Source: an uncultured Clostridia bacterium (GTDB lineage Bacteria > Bacillota > Clostridia > Christensenellales > UBA1242). Taken from it: a stretch of 64,000 bases of DNA. A program made the translations under genes and the position numbers. The stretch is taken from the NCBI GenBank assembly GCA_934747775.1, contig CAKVHA010000005.1, positions 3,505 to 67,504 on the forward strand, given 5' to 3'. The notes beneath the pieces are model-generated. The model was given only the letters and a program-made list of their open reading frames with translations, was not told the origin of the DNA and made no database searches. Shown piece after piece: positions 18,771 to 26,385 of the stretch. Within the stretch, counting starts at the first letter, position 1, and each line of letters opens with the position of its first letter.

Positions 18771-19826
18771 CTATAAATTTTTAAAGTATTTTTCATTTTG
18801 TAAAATTAAGTCGTGATTTGAATTTGTACTTTTTGCCAAGTAAAAATATTTTTTTGCGGCACTATAATTTTTAGTGTAATAGTAGCATACGGATAGTTGA
18901 AGTAGGGGGATAAAGTAATAATAATCGTTGTTGTAAAAAATGCCATTATTTTCTTTTGTAATTGCTAATGCTGCTGTGTAATATGGTATGGCTGATTTGA
19001 AATTTTTATTATTGTAATATGTGTCGCCAAGCTCACATAGGTATTCACTTGTAGGGTATAATGAAGCTAAGTTTTTAGTTAGCATAGTTAAAGCTTTTGT
19101 GGTTTGGTTTTTATTTTTGTAACATCTTGCCAATGTGATTATTGCGTCTATTGTGTTGGGGTAATATCTGTTTTTAAATTTTAAAAACTTGTTTAAGGTT
19201 TTAATTGCAGAAGAAATGTAATTATTATAATAAAGTTCTTTTGCGTAATAATATGTTTCGCGTATGTTTAATTTTCTTCCGTTTTTTATTTGATAATTGT
19301 AAATTTTTAAATTTCTTTTTGGATTGGTTGGTTTTTCTTTTTTATGATATATGGAAATATCTAAATATTCAATGTTTCCAAATGGTGAGATTGCTTCGTG
19401 AATAAAGCCGTTCCATTTTGCATACTTGCAATTTTTTATTATTCGCTCTCTATAATATTCAAAACTAGGTTTTCCTTGTTTATCAAAACTAGCAGCGTAT
19501 TTTAGCATATATACATCTTTGTTTAGGTGTTTTTTTAGCTGTTTTAATTTTTCTATGTTTTCATCTGTAATTATGTCGTCTGCATCTATCCACATTATAT
19601 ATTCACAAGTGGCTTTTGAAAAACTAAAATTTCTTGCTGCGGAAAAATCATTGATCCAATCAAAATGAAATATTTTTGTGGTGTATTCTTTTATCAGATT
19701 AACAGTGTTGTCTTTGCTGCCAGTGTCTACAATAATTATTTCGTCTGCAAAATTTTTAACGCAGTCTAGACATCTTGCTATTGTTTCTTCTTCGTTTTTT
19801 ACAATCATACATACACTTAATTTCAT
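18771..19826 (-). CDS. Family 2 glycosyltransferase with C-terminal TPR repeats
   Basis: N-terminal SVCMIVKNEEETIARCLD and DADD motifs. C-terminal half has TPR-like A/Y-rich repeats. Very AT-rich. Confidence 0.75.
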   Translation of the reverse strand: MKLSVCMIVKNEEETIARCLDCVKNFADEIIIVDTGSKDNTVNLIKEYTTKIFHFDWINDFSAARNFSFSKATCEYIMWIDADDIITDENIEKLKQLKKHLNKDVYMLKYAASFDKQGKPSFEYYRERIIKNCKYAKWNGFIHEAISPFGNIEYLDISIYHKKEKPTNPKRNLKIYNYQIKNGRKLNIRETYYYAKELYYNNYISSAIKTLNKFLKFKNRYYPNTIDAIITLARCYKNKNQTTKALTMLTKNLASLYPTSEYLCELGDTYYNNKNFKSAIPYYTAALAITKENNGIFYNNDYYYFIPLLQLSVCYYYTKNYSAAKKYFYLAKSTNSNHDLILQNEKYFKNL

Positions 19827-19859
19827 AATTCACCTTCGCTCAATTTCATAATTCACCTT
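19819..19859 (-). repeat. Tandem duplication (18-bp perfect copies, period 23) of the RBS and start codon of the glycosyltransferase gene
   Basis: aatttcataattcacctt at 19819-19836 and 19842-19859. The upstream copy opens an 8-codon uORF (MKLSEGEL) whose TGA overlaps the main ATG (ATGA). Confidence 0.85.
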
Positions 19860-19902
19860 ATAAAAAATTATGTTATCTTAATTGTTTTTGTGACTGTTAT
19901 GA

Positions 19903-19931
19903 TTGCTAAAAAATTTTTAATTTGGTATACT
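19903..19931 (+). promoter_or_regulatory. Sigma-A type promoter of the dUTPase gene
   Basis: TTGCTA-17 nt-TATACT with a TG extension. Confidence 0.5.
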
Positions 19932-19951
19932 TTTCTAGCGAGGTGATAAGT

Positions 19952-20470
19952 ATGGAAAGAATTGCAGAATTTTATAAGGTGTCATATAACCAATTTAAAA
20001 AAGATTATGAAGTGATTAATGGGAAAAATAATATTTCGGAAGATGAATTAAAAAGTATGTATGATTTAATTAAACTTCCTAAACGTGCAACAACAGGTTC
20101 GGCAGGGTATGATTTCTATTTGCCATATCCAATTAAATTAAAAGCTGGTGAAGAAATTACAATTCCTACCGGTGTAAGGTTTGAATGCGAACAAGACTAT
20201 GCTTTGCTATTTATGAGTAAAAGTGGTTTAGGTTCTAAAAACAGATTACAACTTAACACTTGTATTTCCTTAATTGATAGTGACTATTTTTATTCAGATA
20301 ATGAAGGGCATATACTTGCTAGAGTAATACATGACGCACGCAATGTTGACGCTGTATTGGAACTTCCAGCTGGAAAAAGTTTTTTACAAGGTGTATTTAT
20401 TAAATTTGGTATCACAAAATCAGATAACGCCGACGGAAAACGCAATGGTGGTTTTGGTAGTACTAAATAA
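19952..20470 (+). CDS. dut: Trimeric dUTP diphosphatase with an N-terminal extension of about 45 aa
   Basis: Motifs GSAGYD, IDSDY and C-terminal RNGGFGSTK. ATG at 19952 follows a GAGGTGA RBS. Confidence 0.8.
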   Translation: MERIAEFYKVSYNQFKKDYEVINGKNNISEDELKSMYDLIKLPKRATTGSAGYDFYLPYPIKLKAGEEITIPTGVRFECEQDYALLFMSKSGLGSKNRLQLNTCISLIDSDYFYSDNEGHILARVIHDARNVDAVLELPAGKSFLQGVFIKFGITKSDNADGKRNGGFGSTK

Positions 20471-20535
20471 TGATAAATTCTCACTTTAATTCTAGTTGTA
20501 GTAATGATTTAAAAAGTAGAATATGTAAAATAAAA

Positions 20536-20576
20536 ACATTATAGATATTGTGTTTATCTATAGTGTTTTTATTTTT
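20536..20576 (+). terminator. Rho-independent terminator
   Basis: 12-bp stem acattatagata/tatctatagtgt followed by a T-rich run. Confidence 0.7.
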
Positions 20577-20652
20577 ATTCCAAACATTGCATAAATATAC
20601 GCACAAGAATATCTTATGTAACATTATTTTTTTGTGTGGCATAAGTAATAAT

Positions 20653-21732
20653 ATGTGTAATTTAAACGAATATATTATCAATAAAAACAATTTAAAAACT
20701 AATGTTCAAAAGGTAAGAAGAAGAGTAGGAAATAATGTTAAAATTTGTGCAGTTGTGAAAGCTGATGCTTATGGGCTGGGAGTGGAAAATGTTATTCCCA
20801 TTATAGATGATGAGGTTGATTTTTATGCTGTAGTTTCGGTTATGGAGGCACTGGAACTAAGAAAAATTTCACTAGAAAAACCAATTTTAATATTAGGTGC
20901 TGCAAACTTAAAATACGCAAACGAGTGTGCTAAAAGAAATATTAGACTTTCAATATCTACAGTTCAAGAGGTGGAATATTTAAACAAAAACTTAACCGAA
21001 AAAATAAAAGTTCATCTTAAAATCAACACCGGTATGAATAGATATGGAATAACCACATTAAAAGAACTTAAAGCGGTTGAAAGAGAAATAAATAAAAGTG
21101 ATAAAATCGTTGTGGAAGGTGTGTACACTCATTTTGCAACAAAATCATCAGATTTAGCTTTTATTGAAAAACAATATGAAAAATTTCAAAAAATGCTAAA
21201 AAATATATTATATAAAGATATAATTGTTCATTGTGCTAGCAGTTTTGTAATATTAAATGATAAGAAAAAATTGTGTAATATGTGCAGGCTTGGCTTTTCA
21301 CTTTATGGTGATTTGTATGACAGACTAAACATAAAAAATGTGGTTGGAGTTAGGGCTAAAGTGATGTTTATACATACAATATCAAGTGGTGAAACTGTGG
21401 GGTATGACCGAACATATACAGCCGACAAAAAAACAAAAATTGCGGTTTGCTCTATGGGCTATGCCGACGGATTTGCAAGAAATCTTAGTAATAAATTTAG
21501 GGTGCTAATAAACGGACAGTGGGCGAGTGTTGTGGGTAGAGTTTGTATGGATTGTTTTATGGTTGACGTTACAAAAATTAAAAATGTATATGTGGGTAGT
21601 ACAGTTACTATTTTGGGTGAAGATGGCAAAAACAAAATCACGCTTTCTGACATTGCAGATGTAATAAATTTTAGTCCATATGAAGTGTTGTTGAATTTTA
21701 GAAAACGTAGAATGAATATTGTTGTAAAGTAG
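20653..21732 (+). CDS. alr: Alanine racemase
   Basis: PLP-lysine motif AVVKADAYGLG and C-terminal GRVCMD. The start at 20653 (MCNLNEYII) is chosen because the upstream part of the track ORF looks non-coding. Confidence 0.88.
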   Translation: MCNLNEYIINKNNLKTNVQKVRRRVGNNVKICAVVKADAYGLGVENVIPIIDDEVDFYAVVSVMEALELRKISLEKPILILGAANLKYANECAKRNIRLSISTVQEVEYLNKNLTEKIKVHLKINTGMNRYGITTLKELKAVEREINKSDKIVVEGVYTHFATKSSDLAFIEKQYEKFQKMLKNILYKDIIVHCASSFVILNDKKKLCNMCRLGFSLYGDLYDRLNIKNVVGVRAKVMFIHTISSGETVGYDRTYTADKKTKIAVCSMGYADGFARNLSNKFRVLINGQWASVVGRVCMDCFMVDVTKIKNVYVGSTVTILGEDGKNKITLSDIADVINFSPYEVLLNFRKRRMNIVVK

Positions 21733-21776
21733 TGTTTTACAATTTGATAATTATGAATATTTATGCACAACTTAAA

Positions 21777-21802
21777 GGAGCGTCTTGGATGCTTCTTTTT
21801 TA
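21777..21802 (+). terminator. Probable terminator after alr
   Basis: 8-bp stem with two G-U pairs, followed by T6. Confidence 0.45.
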
Positions 21803-21805
21803 TTC

Positions 21806-21834
21806 TTGACTGTGTTGTTTATATGATATATAAT
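21806..21834 (+). promoter_or_regulatory. Sigma-A type promoter of the dual-HEPN gene
   Basis: TTGACT-17 nt-TATAAT, 20 nt upstream of the ATG. Confidence 0.6.
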
Positions 21835-21853
21835 AAATAATAACAATCCTTGT

Positions 21854-23920
21854 ATGGAGTATCTAAAATTTATGAGTACTGAAAAAATTAAAAATGCAAT
21901 TGAAAAAATTAAAGATAAAAAGAATCTTAAAAATAATAGTGGTTACGAAAATGAAAACACTGATAATGGAAAGAATCTGGTAAGTGAAAATAGGGGTGTT
22001 TTACAAGAAAAAGCGAACGATGAAGTTGATGATGTTGATGAGGATAGTCCGCTTTATGTTTACACATCAAAATATATGGAAAACAAATTTGACATTTTAA
22101 TGACCTTGTATAATGCTATAACCAACGACGATGTTGATGTTGATGTGGACTTATCTAAATTTAACAGCACAGATTTGGGCGGCATATATTACGATTTGGC
22201 TTTGTTTAGTATAATTGCAAACAACGACAGATTTGAAGATGTTTTTTCGGATGGGGTGTTGGAAAGCATTTCTTTAGGTGTGAAAAGCTCTAAAAACGAT
22301 GAACCTAAAGCAGAGTTTTTGTTGGAAGAGTTTACACCTAAAGAAGGTTATGAAAAAACAGGCGATAAATCATATTTAAAAATGACTTATAGTGAAAAAA
22401 TTAGAATTCAGGATGGTGAATACACTACATCTTGTCGTCCAAGTCGAGAAAAGCGTGGATATGTGTATAGGACATATTTAAGAACTGATGTTCCGCACCT
22501 TACTCGTGGTGAAATAAAAAAAGACGGGCTTTTAATGTTGGAAACGTTTAGAAATATTATTGCCCATTCCACTCAGTTTGAAATTAACAACAAAACAGGT
22601 AATTTGCATTTTGTAAATGGAAATAGAGAGTTTGTTTGTTCTAAAATGTGGCTTAGGGGGTTTTCAACTTTGTGGGCATCAAGGAATAAATCGTTAGACC
22701 ATAAAAAAATTAAGGATATTATTTTACAAGAATATGGTGAAGGTAAAAAGAGTATCACAACAACCGATGATGTTAAAAATATTTTACGACTTACTGCCGA
22801 CGAAACAGATTATCGAAAGTATTCTTCTAGTATGTTTAAATTTGTTATGGCTAGACTTAAATATTATGACAACTTTTATACGCTAACAGACGAAAATGGA
22901 AAAGAAGACTTGGATAAAAAGATAGATATTTTTACAAACATTATTGAAAATAGTCCAAATCATATTGCGGGCAATGCTGAAACGCTAAACTCTAAAATTA
23001 TATATAATCTTCAACAAATTATTGCTAAAGCTCAATTAGATCAGGCAAAAATTAGTGGAAATCAAATTTGCTCCAGTTCTTTTAATATAGCTACTGCTGC
23101 AATTAAAATGGAAGAAGGTGAAAAACTTTTAGAAGAAATAAAAGCAATTGAAAAAACAATTCAAGAAATGGTTGAAAAAGGAAAAAAACTGAAAGGCCCA
23201 GAACAAAAAAAGTATATTAAAACAAAAAAACCTATTTTCAATAAACTAAGTAAACAGAGAAGTGATATGTTGGGGCAGCTTAAAGCAAAAAAAGATAGTC
23301 TTGGAGATTCTCTTAAACACGAAGCAGACAAAATGAATTTGTTTAATAAAAATTCATTAAAAAATATCCCTATCGAAACAGCTGTAAACGTGGTTGCCGC
23401 AATGGGATACAATCGACTTATTTCTACCGGATTTTATCAAGACAAGCTAGACCATATAACACTCCCTCAAAAAGAATTTTTTGAATTTAAAAAGAAAATA
23501 ATGAACCTTGATATGTCGAATTTTGTGATGACGAAAGCGGTTGATCACGGAAAAACTGAACAAATCCCATTGGATTCATACGATAAAAGAATGCTAATGC
23601 TTAGAAGGCTTAGACACGCAACATCTCACGGATTAATTAACTATTCAATTCCGCAACAATCAACCATGGAATCAAGTTTTGATGATGTTGTTATGAATTA
23701 TTGTAGCGATGGGGAAAAAGAATTAAAAGTAAGTGGAACAATACCGGCATTTTGTGAGCTGTTTGCCAATGATATTTTTAGACCATCGTCGTCACGAATA
23801 GTATATAGAACTAGTGATGGCTTTAAAACAGATGAACAACCAATGGTTGAGAGTGCAACTAGTTTTAAAAATAACAACTTTGATAATCCGCCAGCGGATG
23901 ATAGTGGGAGAGTGAAATAA
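21854..23920 (+). CDS. Uncharacterised 688-aa protein with two R-x4-H HEPN-type motifs (putative dual-HEPN RNase)
   Basis: ETFRNIIAHS (aa 233-238, nt 22550-22567) and LRRLRHATSHG (aa 587-592, nt 23612-23629). Acidic N-terminus. K/E-rich central segment. An alternative start at 21872 is possible. Confidence 0.55.
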   Translation: MEYLKFMSTEKIKNAIEKIKDKKNLKNNSGYENENTDNGKNLVSENRGVLQEKANDEVDDVDEDSPLYVYTSKYMENKFDILMTLYNAITNDDVDVDVDLSKFNSTDLGGIYYDLALFSIIANNDRFEDVFSDGVLESISLGVKSSKNDEPKAEFLLEEFTPKEGYEKTGDKSYLKMTYSEKIRIQDGEYTTSCRPSREKRGYVYRTYLRTDVPHLTRGEIKKDGLLMLETFRNIIAHSTQFEINNKTGNLHFVNGNREFVCSKMWLRGFSTLWASRNKSLDHKKIKDIILQEYGEGKKSITTTDDVKNILRLTADETDYRKYSSSMFKFVMARLKYYDNFYTLTDENGKEDLDKKIDIFTNIIENSPNHIAGNAETLNSKIIYNLQQIIAKAQLDQAKISGNQICSSSFNIATAAIKMEEGEKLLEEIKAIEKTIQEMVEKGKKLKGPEQKKYIKTKKPIFNKLSKQRSDMLGQLKAKKDSLGDSLKHEADKMNLFNKNSLKNIPIETAVNVVAAMGYNRLISTGFYQDKLDHITLPQKEFFEFKKKIMNLDMSNFVMTKAVDHGKTEQIPLDSYDKRMLMLRRLRHATSHGLINYSIPQQSTMESSFDDVVMNYCSDGEKELKVSGTIPAFCELFANDIFRPSSSRIVYRTSDGFKTDEQPMVESATSFKNNNFDNPPADDSGRVK

Positions 23921-24468
23921 TGCGAATAGTAGCTGGAAAACTAAAGGGATTAAAACTAAAAGAGTTTGAAGCGGAAAACATTCGACCAACCATAGATCGT
24001 GTTAGAGAAGCGGTTTTTAATAAAATTCAGTTCCGTGTAAAAAATGCCCAAGTTTTAGACTTGTTTACGGGGACAGGTGCTGTAAGTTTGGAATTTTTAA
24101 GTAGGGGCGCTTCTGTTGTATCGGTGGACAACAATCCTAACAGCATAAAGCTTATTAAAGAAAACTTTGCCAAAGCAAAAACACCCCTAAATTTGTTGGA
24201 ATGCGACTACAATGCTGCGTTAAAAAAACTAAAAAATCAAAAGTTTGACATTGTGTTTTTAGACCCGCCTTTTGCATCTAACTACGCTGAAAAAGCGGTT
24301 GAAAACATAATGAAATTCGATATGTTAAATTCGGATGGTTTGATGATTTGGGAGCACGTTATTGGCTCGCAAATGAAGTTGCCGCCAGAATTAAATATTG
24401 TGGACGAAAAAAAATATGGCACAATTATGGTGACATATTTGGAGAGAAAAAATGACACGAGTTGTTAA
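23920..24468 (+). CDS. rsmD: 16S rRNA (guanine966-N2)-methyltransferase
   Basis: RPTxDRVREAVFN, LDLFTGTGAVSLE, FLDPPF. Its ATG overlaps the upstream stop (TAATG). Confidence 0.88.
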   Translation: MRIVAGKLKGLKLKEFEAENIRPTIDRVREAVFNKIQFRVKNAQVLDLFTGTGAVSLEFLSRGASVVSVDNNPNSIKLIKENFAKAKTPLNLLECDYNAALKKLKNQKFDIVFLDPPFASNYAEKAVENIMKFDMLNSDGLMIWEHVIGSQMKLPPELNIVDEKKYGTIMVTYLERKNDTSC

Positions 24469-24790
24469 TATCAAAAACGATTATCCGGCTGCCGATGTCG
24501 CGGTTTTTAACCTTAGTGTCGCGTTGTCTGACGCTAAAAAAATGGGTGAGAAAGCACTAATTGTTATACACGGTTACGGCTCTCACGGACAAGGTGGCGA
24601 AATAAAAAAGCGCGCTATTGAATACTTAAATAACGCGGTTAAAAACAAGTTGATTTCGTTTTTTGTGTGCGGTGAAAACTGGGGTGAATACACTGAAAAC
24701 AAAATAAGAGCGTGCGAGATTTGCCCCGACCTAATTTTGCACCCGCAATTGACTGGGCTTAATAGTGGAGTAACGGTTGTTATTTTGTGA
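24452..24790 (+). CDS. Small Smr-like domain protein
   Basis: VIHGYGSHGQGGEIKKRAIEYL and C-terminal SGVTVVIL fit the Smr core. The canonical N-terminal DLHG motif is absent. Confidence 0.55.
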   Translation: MTRVVNIKNDYPAADVAVFNLSVALSDAKKMGEKALIVIHGYGSHGQGGEIKKRAIEYLNNAVKNKLISFFVCGENWGEYTENKIRACEICPDLILHPQLTGLNSGVTVVIL

Positions 24791-25220
24791 GAAAAGTTTT
24801 TAGGCTGTCCACAAATTCTTCTTCGGCACATTGTAAATCGCGTGCCATTTTCAATACAACATCGCTGGCGTTTTTAAATTCGCCAGTTTTTTTTATTACA
24901 TCTATAATTCCCATATTTGTGCCTTGAATAAGCATTTCTGCTATATGGCTAACGCTGTTGTCAAAATATGTTTTCACATTTATGCTTGTGGTGCTCATCA
25001 TTTTAAGCATTCCGCTAATATCGTCCAGTTTTAATTCGTTTTCGCTGGCGTAACTCTTGCATTTGTGGGTCATCTCTTCATATTTGCGGTTTTGTTTTTT
25101 TAGTAGGGTTGTTAGTTTTTTATCTTCAAATTTATCGTGAATTTTATCTATTGCCAGTGTTGCCATACGCGTGTTTTTGTATACGGCATTTAATAATTCT
25201 TTGGTTTTGTCTTCTTTCAT
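24780..25220 (-). CDS. Hypothetical helical protein
   Basis: 146-aa ORF with a start context and coding-like composition. No family recognised. Confidence 0.5.
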   Translation of the reverse strand: MKEDKTKELLNAVYKNTRMATLAIDKIHDKFEDKKLTTLLKKQNRKYEEMTHKCKSYASENELKLDDISGMLKMMSTTSINVKTYFDNSVSHIAEMLIQGTNMGIIDVIKKTGEFKNASDVVLKMARDLQCAEEEFVDSLKTFLTK

Positions 25221-25287
25221 AGGTTTCTCCTTGTTATTATATTGCTTATTTTTTTATAAAATATTTATTAAATTAATAAATTAGTAA

Positions 25288-25316
25288 TTGACAAACCTTG
25301 CCTTATTTGGTATATT
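25288..25316 (+). promoter_or_regulatory. Sigma-A promoter of the rplU-prp-rpmA operon
   Basis: TTGACA-17 nt-TATATT with a TG extension. Confidence 0.7.
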
Positions 25317-25322
25317 ATTATC

Positions 25323-25409
25323 AGTTCCACGTGTATTGGGCATTTTTCAAGTGTTGTGACTTCACAACCGCCTTAAATAACAGTGAGTTTGGTTAGAGGA
25401 GGTAAATTT
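25323..25409 (+). promoter_or_regulatory. Structured 5' leader, candidate L21 ribosomal-protein leader
   Basis: About 85-nt UTR with the hairpin gttgtga-ct-tcacaac. L21 leaders are known upstream of rplU in Firmicutes. No covariance model was run. Confidence 0.35.
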
Positions 25410-25715
25410 ATGTACGCTATAGTTGAAACTGGTGGCAAACAATATAAAGTTAGCCAGGGCGAAATTATTAATGTAGAAAAACTTGACAAAAAAGTTGGCG
25501 AACAAGTTAAATTAAATGTTATGATGCTTGTTGACGGCGAAAAAGTTGTTAATGGAAATCCTTACATTAAAAATGCCGAAGTAGTTGCAGAAGTAGTAGA
25601 ACAAGGTAAGGCTGATAAGGTTTTAGTTTTTAAATACAAAGCTAAAAAGAATGTTAGAAAAAAACAAGGTCACAGACAACCTTACACTGCAATCAAAATT
25701 GTTTCGGTTAAATAA
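25410..25715 (+). CDS. rplU: 50S ribosomal protein L21
   Basis: MYAIVETGGKQYKV. GGAGG RBS. Confidence 0.95.
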   Translation: MYAIVETGGKQYKVSQGEIINVEKLDKKVGEQVKLNVMMLVDGEKVVNGNPYIKNAEVVAEVVEQGKADKVLVFKYKAKKNVRKKQGHRQPYTAIKIVSVK

Positions 25716-25717
25716 TT

Positions 25718-26053
25718 ATGATTAAAATTGAATTTATTGTGCAAAACGAAAATTATGTTGGGTTAAGGTGTAACGGTCACTCAGGTTATGCCGAAAGTGG
25801 GCACGACATTGTGTGTGCTAGTATTTCAACATTGGCGCAAAGTTTGTATATAGGGCTTAGCCAAGTTGTGAAAACAAAAATTACTTACAACCTTAACGAA
25901 AAAAATGCACATCTAGAATTGAGGCTGTCTGACAACATATCTAGCAAGGAAAAAGAACTTAGCCAAGTGCTATTTAAAACAACTTTTTTATCTATGCAAG
26001 ATATAGCAAGCGGATACCCCAAAAACATTAAGATGGAGGTAAAAAACTTATGA
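25718..26053 (+). CDS. prp: Ribosomal-processing cysteine protease Prp
   Basis: Lies between rplU and rpm[19 protein letters not shown] motif. Confidence 0.85.
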   Translation: MIKIEFIVQNENYVGLRCNGHSGYAESGHDIVCASISTLAQSLYIGLSQVVKTKITYNLNEKNAHLELRLSDNISSKEKELSQVLFKTTFLSMQDIASGYPKNIKMEVKNL

Positions 26054-26334
26054 TTATTAAGATTCAGTTATTTGCTCACCACAAAGGACAAGGTTCTACC
26101 AAAAACGGTCGTGATAGTAAATCAAAACGCCTTGGTGTTAAAAGAGCCGATGGTCAAGTTGTTAGCGCTGGCAGTATTTTAATCCGCCAAAAAGGCACTA
26201 AAGTAAATGCTGGCAAAAATGTGGGCTGTGGTAAAGATTACACATTGTTTGCTAAATGTGACGGTGTTGTTAAATTCGAACAAACCGCTAAAGATAAAAA
26301 ATGCGTTAGCGTTTATCCTAACGAGGAAAAATAA
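26050..26334 (+). CDS. rpmA: 50S ribosomal protein L27 with a cleavable N-terminal extension
   Basis: [23 protein letters not shown]. Confidence 0.95.
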   Translation: MIIKIQLFAHHKGQGSTKNGRDSKSKRLGVKRADGQVVSAGSILIRQKGTKVNAGKNVGCGKDYTLFAKCDGVVKFEQTAKDKKCVSVYPNEEK

Positions 26335-26342
26335 TAATGGTT

Positions 26343-26369
26343 GCCAACTAAAAATGTTGGCTTCTTTTT
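26343..26369 (+). terminator. Rho-independent terminator after rpmA
   Basis: Hairpin gccaac-taaaaat-gttggc followed by a T-rich run. Confidence 0.6.
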
Positions 26370-26385
26370 GTTTTTAGGTAAAATT

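Noticed and set aside
20481-20690. 69-aa minus-strand ORF and the 35-codon N-terminal extension of the alr track ORF (20548-20652)
   Set aside because: The region holds the dUTPase terminator and promoter-like AT-rich sequence. The translations are hydrophobic low-complexity. Alanine racemase homology begins near the ATG at 20653.
18137-21853. Searched the non-coding stretches around the dual-HEPN gene (18137-18770, 20471-20652, 21733-21853) for a CRISPR repeat-spacer array
   Set aside because: I could not find any 25-40 nt unit recurring at regular spacing. There are only isolated short repeats. The HEPN protein is therefore described as orphan, not as a CRISPR effector.
22120-22150. gatgtt/gatgtg nucleotide periodicity (encodes DDVDVDVD) inside the dual-HEPN gene
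   Set aside because: It is a simple in-frame acidic dipeptide repeat within the ORF. It is not an independent DNA-level element.
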